Part shown: in pieces, positions 1-12,445 of the stretch | How the letters are laid out: each line of letters begins with the position of its first letter | Numbering within the stretch: position 1 is the first letter of the stretch | NCBI GenBank assembly: GCA_004366205.1 | Contig: SIRW01000042.1 | Coordinates: 14,963 to 78,962 of the forward strand | Direction of reading: 5' to 3' | DNA: 64,000 bases | DNA from: Actinomycetota bacterium | GTDB lineage: Bacteria > Actinomycetota > Acidimicrobiia > Acidimicrobiales > CADCSY01 | The notes under the pieces: model-generated | What the model saw: only the letters and a program-made list of their open reading frames with translations | What the model was told of the DNA's origin: nothing | Database searches by the model: none | Program-made: the position numbers and the translations under genes

Positions 1-2200
1 TCCAGGCCTCGATCAGGCGCGCCTTCCAGCCCGCCAGCCCCCGCGCCCGGGCGAAGTCGTCGGCGACGAGCGCGTCGACGTGGGCGGCGGCGGGCTCGTA
101 GAGCCCTTCGACGTAGTCCCGCACCATGCGCGCCGCCGTCACCCGCGGGCCGAGCGAGCTGAGCGACGCCTTGATGCGGTGGACCCACCGCCGGGGGACG
201 GGCCCCTGCACCCGCTCGTAGTAGAGCGGCACGATCTGCTCCTCGAGGATGGCGAAGAGGCTCTCGGCCTCGAGCTCGTCCCGGCGCTCGAGGTCGGTGA
301 CGGCCTCGGCCGAGGAGATCGCCCAGCCGTTCTCGCCGTCGAACATCTCGTCCCACCAGCCGTCGAGGATCGAGCAGTTGAGGGCGCCGTTGAGCGCCGC
401 CTTCTCGCCGCTGGTCCCCGACGCCTCCTGGGGTCGTCGCGGCGTGTTCAGCCACACGTCGGCCCCCTGGTACATCGTGCGGGCCACGGCGATGTCGTAG
501 TCGTCGACGAACACGAACCGGTGCCGGATCTCGGGGTCGTGGGAGAACGCCACGATGGCCTTGATCATCTCCTTGCCGAGGTCGTCGGCGGGGTGCGCCT
601 TGCCGGCGAACACGAGCTGCACGGGGCGGTCCGACGACAGCAGCAGGCGGCGCAGCCGCTCGGGCTGCGAGAGCAGCAGGGTGGCCCGCTTGTAGGTGGC
701 GAAGCGCCGGGCGAAGCAGATCGTGAGCGCCTTGGGGTCGAGGGCCTCGGCGCACCACGCCACGTCCGACGCGCTCTGGCCCCGGGCGAGGTGGGCGTCC
801 CGGAGCCGCTCGCGCACGAAGCTCACGAGCCGCTCCCGGCCCTGCTCCCGGACCCGCCAGATCTCGTCGTCGCGGGCATCGGCGATGCGCTCCCAGCGCT
901 CGGGTGGCGCCTCGTGCCACTCGGGCAGCACGTAGCGGGAGAGCAGGTCGTGCATCTCGGGCGAGATCCACGTGTGGGCGTGCACCCCGTTGGTGACCGA
1001 CCCGATCGGGGTCTCGTCCTCGGGCACGTCGGGCCACAGCCCGCTGAACATGCGGCGGCTGGTCCGGCCGTGCAGGCGCGAGACGGCGTTCGACCGGGCC
1101 GCCAGGCGCAGGCCCATGACCGCCATGTTGAACGGCGTGTCGGGCTCGTCGCCCGGTGCGTGCCCGAGCGCCATCAGCTCGTCGACGGTGATGCCGCACT
1201 CGTCGGCCCAGTCCGAGAAGTAGCGGACCATGAGCTCCCGCGGGAAGCGGTCGATGCCGGCGGGCACCGGCGTGTGCGTGGTGAACACCGTGCCCGCCCG
1301 CACCGCCTCGACGGCTTCGGCGAACTCGAGGCCGCGGCCCGACACGAGCTGGCGGATGCGCTCGAAGCCGAGGAAGCCGGCGTGGCCCTCGTTGGTGTGG
1401 AACACCTGGGTCGTCTCGCCCACCGCCTGCAGGGCGCGCACCCCACCGACGCCGAGCAGGACCTCCTGGCGGAGGCGGTGCTCGGTGTCGCCGCCGTAGA
1501 GCCGGTCGGTCACCTGCCGCAGCAGGGGCGGGTTCTCCTCCACGTCGGCGTCCATGAGGTACAGGCGGATGCGGCCGACGTCGGCGCGCCACAGCTGGGC
1601 GGTGAGCACCTCGCCGGCCAGGTTGACCTCCACCCGCTTGCCGTCGAGGTGGGTGAGCGCCATGGCGAAGGGGTCCTGGTCGGGGTAGCGCTCCTGCTGC
1701 CAGCCGTCGGCGTTCAGGGACTGCCGGAAGTAGCCGTGCCGGTAGAACAGCCCGACCCCGACGAGGGGCAGGCCCAGGTCGCTGGCCGCCTTGAGGTGGT
1801 CACCGGCGAGCACGCCGAGGCCGCCCGAGTACTGGGGGAGCGCCTCGGCGATGCCGAACTCGGGGGAGAAGTAGGCGACGGACCGCAGCGGGCTGTCCCC
1901 GGCGCGGTCCTGGAACCAGCGGGGCCGCTCGATGTAGCGCTGCAGGGCCTCGTGCAGCTCGCCCAGGTAGGCCCGGAAGCCGGGGTCGGCGGCCAGCACC
2001 TCGAGGCGGTGGCGGTCGACGACGCCGAGCAGGCCCACGGGGTCGTGGACGGTGACCTCCCACGCGTCGGGGTCGACCCAGCGGAACAGGTCGCGGGTGC
2101 GCTCGTCCCAGGACCAGCGGAGGTTCATCGCCAGGTCGTGGAGCGGCGCGAGGGCCTCGGGCAGGAGCGGGCGGACGGTGAAGCTCCGGAGCGCCTTCAT
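1..2200 (-). CDS. glgP: alpha-glucan (glycogen/maltodextrin) phosphorylase, GT35 family. The 3' end lies outside the window.
   Basis: My own translation of the reverse complement from ATG (cat at 2198-2200) reads MKALRSFTVRPLLPEALAPLHDLAMNLRWSWDERTRDLF...YFSPEFGIAEALPQYSGGLGVLAGDHLKAASDLGLPLVGVGLFYRHGYF...QEASGTSGEKAALNGALN. These are hallmark GT35 segments. The frame stays open to base 1. It is absent from the ORF track because there is no stop in the window. The 80..2215 + ORF is its antisense shadow. Confidence 0.9.
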   Translation of the reverse strand, partial: MKALRSFTVRPLLPEALAPLHDLAMNLRWSWDERTRDLFRWVDPDAWEVTVHDPVGLLGVVDRHRLEVLAADPGFRAYLGELHEALQRYIERPRWFQDRAGDSPLRSVAYFSPEFGIAEALPQYSGGLGVLAGDHLKAASDLGLPLVGVGLFYRHGYFRQSLNADGWQQERYPDQDPFAMALTHLDGKRVEVNLAGEVLTAQLWRADVGRIRLYLMDADVEENPPLLRQVTDRLYGGDTEHRLRQEVLLGVGGVRALQAVGETTQVFHTNEGHAGFLGFERIRQLVSGRGLEFAEAVEAVRAGTVFTTHTPVPAGIDRFPRELMVRYFSDWADECGITVDELMALGHAPGDEPDTPFNMAVMGLRLAARSNAVSRLHGRTSRRMFSGLWPDVPEDETPIGSVTNGVHAHTWISPEMHDLLSRYVLPEWHEAPPERWERIADARDDEIWRVREQGRERLVSFVRERLRDAHLARGQSASDVAWCAEALDPKALTICFARRFATYKRATLLLSQPERLRRLLLSSDRPVQLVFAGKAHPADDLGKEMIKAIVAFSHDPEIRHRFVFVDDYDIAVARTMYQGADVWLNTPRRPQEASGTSGEKAALNGALNCSILDGWWDEMFDGENGWAISSAEAVTDLERRDELEAESLFAILEEQIVPLYYERVQGPVPRRWVHRIKASLSSLGPRVTAARMVRDYVEGLYEPAAAHVDALVADDFARARGLAGWKARLIEAW

Positions 2201-2270
2201 CACCCGCCAACCTAGTGGTCCGCCCCTCCACCCTGTTTACGGGGCCGCCGCGGGTGATAGGTGTAGCCCC

Positions 2271-4204
2271 ATGCCCATCGGCAGGATCGTGATCGACGAC
2301 GTCCGCCCGCGGACGCCGGCGGGGCAGCACCCGGCCAAGGCGTGCGTGGGTCAGGCCGTGCGGGTGTCGGCCGACATCTTCAAAGACGGCCACGACATCC
2401 TGGCGGCGCGGGTGCGATGGCGCCCCGAGGCCGGCAAGGAGTGGAGCGAGGCACCGATGGCGCCCACCGGCAACGACCGGTGGGAGGCGGTCATCGTCCC
2501 CACCGTCGTCGGGATGCACCGGGTCGTGGTCGAGGCGTGGACCGATCGCTTCGCCACGTGGCGCCACGACATCGGGGTGAAGGCGGGCGCCGGGCAGGAC
2601 GTCTCGGTTGAGCTGGAGGAGGGCGGCCTGCTCCTCGACGCGCTGGCGGCCAAGGTGCCCCGGGCCCGGCGCGAGGTCGTCCGCGAGGCCGCCGCGGCCG
2701 TCCGCCGTGAGCAGTGCACGCTGGAGGTGCGGCTCAACGCCGCGCTCGACGACGCCCTCGCCGCGGTCGTGGCGGGCGTGCCGGTGTCCGGCGACCTCAC
2801 CCGCAGCCGCCCGCTGCCGCTCTGGGTCGACCGGGAACGGGCGGTGTTCGGCGCCTGGTACGAGCTCTTCCCCCGGTCCGAGGGCGGGCTGGTGGGCGCC
2901 ACCAAGCGGCTGCCCGACATCGCCGCCATGGGCTTCGACATCGTCTACCTCCCGCCGATCCACCCCATCGGGCGGACCTTCCGCAAGGGGCGCGACAACA
3001 CGCTCGAGGCCGGTCCCGACGACCCCGGCAGCCCCTGGGCGATCGGCGCCGAGGAGGGCGGCCACACCGCCGTGCACCCCGATCTCGGCACGATCGAGGA
3101 CTTCGACCGCTTCGTGGAGGAGGCCCGGTCCCACGGGCTCGAGGTGGCGCTCGACTACGCCCTGCAGTGCTCCCCCGACCACCCCTGGGTCCGGGAGCAC
3201 CCAGAGTGGTTCCACCATCGGCCCGACGGCACGATCAAGTACGCCGAGAACCCGCCCAAGAAGTACCAGGACATCTACCCGCTCAACTTCTGGCCCGACG
3301 ACGACGCCGACCGCGAGGCGCTCTGGCAGGCCTGCCGGCAGATCCTCGAGCACTGGATCGACCACGGCGTGCGGATCTTCCGCGTGGACAACCCCCACAC
3401 CAAGCCCCTGGCGTTCTGGGAGTGGCTGATCCCGTCGCTGCGCGCCGAGCACCCCGACCTGATCTTCCTGTCCGAGGCGTTCACCCGCCCGAAGATGATG
3501 TCCAAGCTCGCCGAGGTCGGCTTCACGCAGAGCTACACCTACTTCACGTGGCGGAACACCAAGCAGGAGCTCACCGACTACACCGTCGAGGTCTGCCTGG
3601 GGCCCAAGGCCGACTACATGCGCCCGAACTTCTGGCCCAACACGCCCGACATCCTGTCGGGCCCCCTGCGGAACGGGCCTCCGGCGGCGTTCCGGATGCG
3701 CCTGCTCCTCGCCGCGACGCTGGTGCCGAGCTACGGCATCTACAGCGGCTACGAGCTGTGCGAGAACGAGCCCGCCTCGGACGCCAACGAGGAGTACCTG
3801 CACTCCGAGAAGTACGAGGTGAAGGAGCGGGACTGGGACCGGCCCGACTCGCTGGCGCCGTTCATCACCCGTCTCAACGAGGTGCGCCGGGCCCACCCCG
3901 GGTTCGCGCGCCTCGGGAACATCTGGTTCCACGGGGCGGACAAGGACGAGATCATCGTCTACTCCCGCCACGACGACGCCCTCGACGACGTGGTGCTGTG
4001 CGTGGTGAACCTCGACCCGCACCACTGGCAGGAAGCGACGCTGTCGCTCGACCTCGGGCGCCTGGGGCTCGACGGCGCCGGCTCCTACGAGGTCCACGAC
4101 GAGCTCAGCGGGCAGACGTTCGTCTGGGACGGCGCCCACCCCTACGTGCGCCTCGACCCGGCGGAGGCACCCGGTCACGTGCTGCACCTGCGGCGGGCGC
4201 CCCG

Positions 4205-4208
<4 letters not shown>
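2271..4208 (+). CDS. glgE: alpha-1,4-glucan:maltose-1-phosphate maltosyltransferase (GlgE)
   Basis: Frame of track ORF 2052..4208. I place the start at ATG 2271 (MPIGRIVIDDVRPRTPAGQHPAKACVGQAVRVSADIFKDGHDILAARV...), a typical GlgE N-terminus. GH13-type core (GFDIVYLPPIHPIG, RVDNPHTKP). Followed by treS-pep2-glgB. Confidence 0.9.
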
Positions 4209-5877
<1,669 letters not shown>

Positions 5878-5881
<4 letters not shown>

Positions 5882-7221
5882 TCAGCCGTGACTCGCTCAC
5901 CAAGGCGCTCGCCGACTTCCTGCCCCGCCAGCGCTGGTACGCCGGGCCCGGCGAGGTGGACGGCGGCGGGGCGCTCGCCATCCAGGTGCTGGAGCACGAG
6001 CAGCTGCGCAGCGGTTGGCCGGCGCTCGAGTGGACGCTGGTCGAGGTCGACGACGGCCGTCCCGAGCGCTCCGTCTACCAGGTCGTCGTCGGCCTCCGGC
6101 CGAGCGGCGACATGGCGGCGTTCTACGAGGGCAAGCCCGACGCCCTGATGGGGGAGGTCGAGACCGACGACGGGCCCGCGATGGCCTACGACGCCCTCAT
6201 CGACGAGGAGCTGGCCATCGCCCTGCTCGCCCACATCGCCCCCGAGGAGGACGTGCAGCGGGCCCGGCCGCTGAGCCTCGAGCAATCCAACTCGTCCATC
6301 GTCTACGACGAGCGGCTGATCATGAAGCTGTTCCGACGGCTGTCGGAGGGGCCCAACCCCGACGCCGAGGTCACCCGGGCGCTGGCCGCCACCGGCTTCG
6401 ACCACGTGCCCGCGCCCCGCGCCGAGTGGCGCACCGACCGCTTCGACCTGGCGGTCGTCTGCGAGTTCCTGGCCGGAAGCGTGGACGGCTTCCAGCTGGC
6501 GTTGACGTCCCTGCGCGACCTGTACGACCTGCGCATCGACCCGGCCGAGGCGGGCGGGGACTTCGCGCCCGACGCCCGCCGGCTCGGGCAGGTCACCGCA
6601 GAGATGCACGCGGCGCTCGCCGCGGCCTTCGGCAGCCGGCCGGCCGAGGTGGGATCGTGGGTCGACGACATGGAGACCCACCTGGCCCGCGTCTCCCACC
6701 CCGACCTGCCGGTGGCGGCGGTGCGGGACGCCTACCGGCGGGCCCGGGCGATCGGCGACGCCGGCGCCGCGGTGCGCATCCACGGCGACTACCACCTCAG
6801 CCAGGTGCTGCGCACCGACGCCGGCTGGTACGTGCTCGACTTCGAGGGCGAGCCCGCCCGGCCCCTCGAGGAGCGCCGCCGCCCGTCCTCGGTGCTGCGC
6901 GACGTCGCCGGGATGCTGCGGTCGTTCCACTACGCCTCGCGCATCGCCCTCCTGGAGCGGGGCCCCGACGCCGACGCCGACCTCGACGGCCTGGCCCGGG
7001 CGTGGGAGGCCCGCAACCGTGAGGCGTTCCTCGAGGGGTACCTGGCGGTGGAGGCCGTGGCCCCGCTGCTGCCGGCCACCGACAGCGACCGGGCGGCCCT
7101 GCGGCGCGCCTTTGAGATCGACAAGGCCGTGTACGAGGTCGGCTACGAGCAGGCGCACCGGCCCGCCTGGGTAGACATCCCGCTGTCCGCCGTCCGCGAG
7201 ATGCTGGAGGACCACACGTGA
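5878..7221 (+). CDS. pep2: maltokinase (Pep2/Mak)
   Basis: ATG 5878 overlaps the treS stop (ATGA). Sequence: [25 protein letters not shown]... The C-terminal half has an aminoglycoside-phosphotransferase-like loop, [26 protein letters not shown]. Position between treS and glgB fits. Confidence 0.85.
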
Positions 7222-9422
7222 GGCGCACGACGAGCCGCCCCGCCCCCGACACGGTGCAGGCCGTCGAACGGGTTGTGGCCGGCGAGCACGCCAACCCCCA
7301 CGAGGTGCTGGGCGCCCACCGGGCCGGCGACGACTTCGAGGTGCGGGTGTGGCGGCCCGACGCCGAGGCGGTCACCGTGGTGCTCGACGACGGCACGCGG
7401 GTCGCCGCCGACCGGGTGCACGAGGCCGGGTTCTTCACGGCCACCGTCGAGGCAGCGGGCCCGACCCTGACCTACCGCGTCGAGGTCGCCTACCCGGCGG
7501 GGGACACCTACACCCTCGATGACCCGTACCGCTTCTGGCCCACGCTGGGCGAGCTCGACCTGCACCTGATCGGGGAGGGTCGCCACGAGCGGCTGTGGGA
7601 GGTGCTGGGCGCCCACCCGCGCGAGCACGAGGGCGCGTACGGCACGGCGTTCGCGGTGTGGGCCCCCAACGCCCGGTCCGTCCGGGTGGTGGGCGACTTC
7701 AACGGCTGGGACGGCCGCCTGCACCCCATGCGCACGATGGGGGTGTCCGGCGTGTGGGAGCTGTTCGTCCCCGGCGTCGGCCCCGGGGCGCTCTACAAGT
7801 TCGAGATCCTCACGCAGGAGGGCCACCTGCGGCTCAAGGCCGACCCCATGGCCTTCGCCGCCGAGCACCCGCCCGGCACCTCGAGCATCGTCGTGGACAG
7901 CCGCTACGAGTGGAACGACGACGCGTGGCTGCGCCGCCGGGCCGAGAGCGACGCCATCGACCAGCGGCTGTCGATCTACGAGGTGCACCTCGGGTCGTGG
8001 CGCACGGTGCCCGAGGAGGGAGACCGTCCGCTCACCTACCGCGAGATCGCCGAGCCCCTCGCCGACTACTGCTGCGACATGGGGTTCACCCACGTCGAGC
8101 TCCTGCCCGTCGCCGAGCACCCCTTCGGGGGGTCGTGGGGCTACCAGGTGTCATCGTACTTCGCGCCCACCGCCCGCTTCGGCACCCCCGACGACTTCCG
8201 CTACCTCGTCGACGTGCTCCACCAGCGGGGCATCGGCGTCATCGTCGACTGGGTGCCCGCCCACTTCCCGAAAGACGACTGGGCCCTGGCCCGCTTCGAC
8301 GGCACCGCCCTCTACGAGCACGCGGATCCCCGCCAGGGGGAGCACCCCGACTGGGGGACGCTCGTGTTCAACTTCGGGCGCAACGAGGTCCGCAACTTCC
8401 TCATGGCCAGCGCCCTGTACTGGCTGGACGAGATGCACATCGACGGCCTACGGGTCGACGCCGTCGCCTCGATGCTGTACCTGGATTACTCGCGTGAAGA
8501 GGGCCAGTGGGTGCCCAACGTCCACGGCGGTCGCGAGAACCTCGAGGCGGTGTCGTTCCTCCAGGAGGTCAACACCGTCGTGCACGCCCGCTACCCGGGG
8601 GTGCTCACCATCGCCGAGGAGTCCACGGCGTGGCCGGGCGTGAGCCGTCCCACCTACACCGGCGGTCTCGGCTTCGGGCACAAGTGGAACATGGGCTGGA
8701 TGCACGACACCCTCGACTACTTCGCCAAGGAGCCGGTGCACCGCCGGTACCACCACCACCAGCTGACCTTCGGGCTCGTCTACGCCTGGTCCGAGAACTT
8801 CGTGCTGCCGCTCTCCCACGACGAGGTCGTGCACGGGAAGGGCTCGCTCTTGGGCCGCATGCCTGGCGACCGCTGGCAGCGGTTCGCCAACCTGCGCTCG
8901 CTGTTCGCCTGGATGTGGGCGCACCCCGGCAAGCAGCTGCTGTTCATGGGGGGCGAGATCGCCCAGGAGCGGGAGTGGGCTCATGACGGCAGCCTCGACT
9001 GGCACCTGCTCGACGACCCCGCCCACCGCGGCGTGCAGGACCTGATCCGTGAGCTCAACCGCATCCAGGCCGAGCACGGCGCCCTGTGGGAGGTCGACTT
9101 CTCGCCCGACGGGTTCCAGTGGATCGACGCCAACGACGCCGACCAGAGCTGCTACTCGTTCCTGCGGCTCGGCCGCGGCGGCCAGGGGGTGGTGGCCTGT
9201 CTCGCCAACCTCACGCCGGTGCCGCGGTACGGCTACCGGGTGGGCCTGCCCCACGGCGGGAGGTGGCGGGCCCTGCTCAACACCGACGACGAGCGTTGGG
9301 GGGGCAGCGGCGTGGGCACCGGGGTCGAGGTGGTGGCCGAGGAGGTGCCCTGGCACGGGCGCGGGCACTCGGCCGTGCTCACCCTGCCGCCGCTCGCCGT
9401 GCTCTGGCTCGCCCCGGCCTGA
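7218..9422 (+). CDS. glgB: 1,4-alpha-glucan branching enzyme
   Basis: GTG 7218 overlaps the pep2 stop. Sequence: [86 protein letters not shown]. Confidence 0.95.
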   Translation: MRRTTSRPAPDTVQAVERVVAGEHANPHEVLGAHRAGDDFEVRVWRPDAEAVTVVLDDGTRVAADRVHEAGFFTATVEAAGPTLTYRVEVAYPAGDTYTLDDPYRFWPTLGELDLHLIGEGRHERLWEVLGAHPREHEGAYGTAFAVWAPNARSVRVVGDFNGWDGRLHPMRTMGVSGVWELFVPGVGPGALYKFEILTQEGHLRLKADPMAFAAEHPPGTSSIVVDSRYEWNDDAWLRRRAESDAIDQRLSIYEVHLGSWRTVPEEGDRPLTYREIAEPLADYCCDMGFTHVELLPVAEHPFGGSWGYQVSSYFAPTARFGTPDDFRYLVDVLHQRGIGVIVDWVPAHFPKDDWALARFDGTALYEHADPRQGEHPDWGTLVFNFGRNEVRNFLMASALYWLDEMHIDGLRVDAVASMLYLDYSREEGQWVPNVHGGRENLEAVSFLQEVNTVVHARYPGVLTIAEESTAWPGVSRPTYTGGLGFGHKWNMGWMHDTLDYFAKEPVHRRYHHHQLTFGLVYAWSENFVLPLSHDEVVHGKGSLLGRMPGDRWQRFANLRSLFAWMWAHPGKQLLFMGGEIAQEREWAHDGSLDWHLLDDPAHRGVQDLIRELNRIQAEHGALWEVDFSPDGFQWIDANDADQSCYSFLRLGRGGQGVVACLANLTPVPRYGYRVGLPHGGRWRALLNTDDERWGGSGVGTGVEVVAEEVPWHGRGHSAVLTLPPLAVLWLAPA

Positions 9423-9431
9423 GGCGGCGCT

Positions 9432-10022
9432 TCAGGGGCCCTCGCCGAGGGCGTCGTGGACGACGCGGTGGACGACGGCGCGGAAGCGCCCCCAGCCCTC
9501 CCAGTCGTCGTCCCACCGGTCCCGAGGGCCACGGAGCGCCTCGAGCGCGTCGGCCATCGCCGGCAGGTCGCCGATGGCGACCTCGCGGTAGCCCTCGATC
9601 TGCTCGTGGGGGTCGACGGCGCCGAGCGTGCCGCCGACCTCGTCCACGAGGAAGGCGTACGTGCGGAACCGCGGCGGGTCCGGGGGCACCGCGTAGTCGA
9701 CCACCGCCAGGAAGCGGCGGACCTCGACGTCGAGGCCCGTCTCCTCGTGCGTCTCGCGCAGCAGGGCGTCGAGGACCGGCTCGCCGGGGTCGACGCCGCC
9801 GGTGAGCAGGCGCTGCACCCCGCCGGGGTAGAACGCCTTGGTCGCGGTGAGCAGCAGACCGGACGGGCGCCGCACCACCATGCACACCTCGGACGAGCGC
9901 CGGCGCCCGTCGACCGCCCCGCGGCACACCGCCGGCAGCTCGGCCCGGACCCGGCGGGCGGGACCGAAGCGGGCGTCGAGCGCCGCCACCTCCTCGTCGT
10001 GGCCGGCCCAGATCGTGCCCAT
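9432..10022 (-). CDS. NUDIX hydrolase
   Basis: Nudix box GGVDPGEPVLDALLRETHEETGL (Gx5Ex7REUxEExGU). SD-like GGGGAGG lies just upstream of the ATG on the minus strand. Confidence 0.8.
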   Translation of the reverse strand: MGTIWAGHDEEVAALDARFGPARRVRAELPAVCRGAVDGRRRSSEVCMVVRRPSGLLLTATKAFYPGGVQRLLTGGVDPGEPVLDALLRETHEETGLDVEVRRFLAVVDYAVPPDPPRFRTYAFLVDEVGGTLGAVDPHEQIEGYREVAIGDLPAMADALEALRGPRDRWDDDWEGWGRFRAVVHRVVHDALGEGP

Positions 10023-10042
10023 GCAACCTCCCCGGCCCCCGG

Positions 10043-10048
10043 TACGGT
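10043..10048 (+). promoter_or_regulatory. candidate -10 hexamer TACGGT (TANNNT), 6 nt upstream of GTG 10055. Suggests a leaderless GH57 mRNA.
   Basis: TANNNT is an A/T-containing motif in a very GC-rich intergenic region. There is no SD between it and the start codon. The same geometry recurs at about 11 other starts in the window. Confidence 0.35.
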
Positions 10049-10054
10049 GATCCG

Positions 10055-12445
10055 GTGACCCCGCCGACCCTCGTCGTGCACGGCCACTTCTACCAGCCGC
10101 CCCGAGAGAACCCCTGGACCGAGGCCGTTCCCCGCGAACCCACGGCCGCGCCCCACCACGACTGGAACGCGCGGATCACCGCCGAGTGCTACCGCCCCAA
10201 CGGCTGGGCCCGGGTCGTCGACGACGCCGGGCGGGTGGTCGACATCGTCAACAACTACGCCCACCTGTCGTTCGACGTGGGGCCGACGCTGTTCGCCTGG
10301 CTCGAGCGGCACGCCCCGGAGGTGGTCGAGCGCATCCGCGCCGGCGACGCCGCCGGTGGCGGCGCCGTCGCCCACGCCCACCACCACGTGATCCTCCCGC
10401 TCGCCGACGACCGCGACGTCCGGACCGAGGTGCGCTGGGGCCTGGCGGCGTTCGAGCACCGGTTCGGCCGGCCCGCCCGGGGCATGTGGCTGCCGGAGGC
10501 CGCCGTCGACGACCGGGTGCTCGCCGTGCTGGCCGAGGAGGGGGTGGCCTTCACGGTCCTGGCCCCGGACCAGGCGGCGCGGTGGCGGCCCCTCGACGGC
10601 GACGAGCACTCCTGGGCCGACGCCACCGGGCTCGACACCCGTCAGCCCTACCGCTGGCAGCACCCCACCCACCCCGAGCTCGGCGTCGACGTCGTCTTCT
10701 ACGACGGGCCGCTGTCGCACGACGTGGCGTTCGGGGCCGGAGGCCTCTCGAGCCAGACCCTGGTGGCCCGCACCCGCCTGGCGGCGCCCGACGGTGGGCT
10801 CGTCTGCGTGGCCACCGACGGCGAGACCTTCGGCCACCACCACGTCTTCGCCGAGCGGGCCCTGGCCCACGCCCTGCCGATCGAGGCGCCCTCGGCGGGC
10901 ATCGAGGTGACGACCGTCGCCGCGTTCCTCGACCAGGTGCGCCCGGCCCGCGAGGTGGCCATCCGGCCGAGCTCGTGGTCGTGCCCCCACGGTGTGGAGC
11001 GATGGCGGAGCGACTGCGGCTGCCGCACCGGAGGGCCGCCCGGCACGAGCCAGGCCTGGCGGGCGCCGCTGCGGGCCGCGCTCGACGTCGTGCGGGCTGC
11101 CTGTCGTGAGGTGTTCGAGCGTCGGGGGGCGGCGGTGCTCGCCGACCCGTGGGCGGCGCGGGACGCCTACGTGTCGGTGCTGCTCGACGAGCAGGCGCTG
11201 GAGGACTTCGCGAGCGAGCACGTCGCCGGCGACCGGGTGGAGGCCCTCACCCTCCTCGAGATGGAGCGCCACGCCCTGTGCATGTACACCTCGTGCGGCT
11301 GGTTCTTCTGGGACTTGGCCGAGCTCGAGACGGTCCAGGTCCTGCGCTACGCGGCGAAGGCGATGGACCTGATCGCCGAGCTGGGGGAGGAGCCGCCCCT
11401 CGCTCCGTTCCTCGACGTGCTGGCGACGGCCCGGAGCAACCAGCCCGGTGCGGGCGACGGCCGGGAGGTCTGGGAGCGGCACGTGGCGCCCGCCCGGGTG
11501 GACGCCGCCCGAGCCGTCGCCCACGTGGCCCTCGCCGAGCTGCTGGAGGGCTCCGACCCGGGTGACCCTGTCGGCGCCTACCGGGTCGACACGACCGGTC
11601 GGTGGCGCGTCGAGCGCGACCCGGTCATCGTCTGCTGCGGATCGGTCGCCGTCACCCACCGGCGCACCGGCCGGCGATCCGAGCACGTCTACGCCGCCGT
11701 CCACCTGGGCGGACTCGAGGTGCTCGGCGCCACCCGGCCCGCCGACCCCGCCCGCGACCGGGACGACGTCGCCGCCGTGGTGGGCGCGGCCGAGGCGGGC
11801 GACCGCGTCTCTGCGGTGCTGCGCCTCGTGGCCGAGCGGTTCGGCCCGCACGAGTTCGGCCTGGAGGCGGTGCTGCCCGACCAGGCGGACCAGATCGTCC
11901 GGCGGGCCGCCGCCGAGCTCGGCGAACGCTACGCCGCAGCCTTCGACCGGCTCTTCGCCGACCACCGCGCCCTGCTCGAGTCGCTGGGCCGGGCCGGCTA
12001 CCCCCTCCCCGACGAGCTGCGCACCCCCGCCGAGCTCGCTCTCGGGCGCCGGCTCGACGAGGCCATGGCCGCAGCCGCCTCGTCGGGCTGGGACGAGGCC
12101 GCCGTCGACCAGGCGCGGGGCGTGGCGGCCACGGCGGCGGCCATGGGCGTGCGGCCCCAGGCGACGCGGGCCGGCGGCCTGCTCGGCGAGGCCTTCCTGG
12201 CCGAGGTGCGCCGGGCGTGCGAGGACGGTCACGAGCCCGCCGGTCGAGCCCTGCGGTTGCTCGAGCTGGGTCGGGAGCTGGCGATGGCGCTCCCGGTCGA
12301 GCGGGCCCAGGAGCTGCTGCACGAGCGGCTCCGGCGCGAGCTCGTGGGCGACGAGCACCTGCGGCTGGCCGAGGTCCTCGGCATGGCGCCGGACGCGCTC
12401 GGCGCCGCCGCGGACGTCCGGCGCGCCGGTAGAAAGGCGTCGTGA
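10055..12445 (+). CDS. glycoside hydrolase family 57 protein with a long C-terminal extension (DUF3536-like)
   Basis: N-terminus LVVHGHFYQPPRENPW...HHDWNARITAECYRPN...HVILPLADDRD...WLPEAAVD...ATDGETFGHHH is the GH57 pattern. Confidence 0.8.
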   Translation: MTPPTLVVHGHFYQPPRENPWTEAVPREPTAAPHHDWNARITAECYRPNGWARVVDDAGRVVDIVNNYAHLSFDVGPTLFAWLERHAPEVVERIRAGDAAGGGAVAHAHHHVILPLADDRDVRTEVRWGLAAFEHRFGRPARGMWLPEAAVDDRVLAVLAEEGVAFTVLAPDQAARWRPLDGDEHSWADATGLDTRQPYRWQHPTHPELGVDVVFYDGPLSHDVAFGAGGLSSQTLVARTRLAAPDGGLVCVATDGETFGHHHVFAERALAHALPIEAPSAGIEVTTVAAFLDQVRPAREVAIRPSSWSCPHGVERWRSDCGCRTGGPPGTSQAWRAPLRAALDVVRAACREVFERRGAAVLADPWAARDAYVSVLLDEQALEDFASEHVAGDRVEALTLLEMERHALCMYTSCGWFFWDLAELETVQVLRYAAKAMDLIAELGEEPPLAPFLDVLATARSNQPGAGDGREVWERHVAPARVDAARAVAHVALAELLEGSDPGDPVGAYRVDTTGRWRVERDPVIVCCGSVAVTHRRTGRRSEHVYAAVHLGGLEVLGATRPADPARDRDDVAAVVGAAEAGDRVSAVLRLVAERFGPHEFGLEAVLPDQADQIVRRAAAELGERYAAAFDRLFADHRALLESLGRAGYPLPDELRTPAELALGRRLDEAMAAAASSGWDEAAVDQARGVAATAAAMGVRPQATRAGGLLGEAFLAEVRRACEDGHEPAGRALRLLELGRELAMALPVERAQELLHERLRRELVGDEHLRLAEVLGMAPDALGAAADVRRAGRKAS

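Noticed and set aside
80-2215. 711-aa + strand ORF (MGGGGLVEPFDVVPHH...) covering the start of the window
   Set aside because: The composition is Gly/Arg/Val/Glu/Pro-dominated and repetitive. The opposite strand encodes an unmistakable GT35 phosphorylase over the same bases. This is an antisense shadow ORF of GC-rich DNA.
1800-4187. 795-aa minus-strand ORF overlapping glgE
   Set aside because: Arg/Pro/Gly-rich with no recognisable motifs. The + strand frame encodes GlgE. The same reasoning rejects the other very long shadow ORFs (2714..5881 upstream part, 4357..7221 upstream part, 9233..12358 -, 11448..13619 +, 16215..19454 -, 21232..24504 -, 22700..24634 -, 25638..27347 -, 36995..39697 -, 44563..47769 -, 56233..58755 -, 58801..61230 -, and similar).
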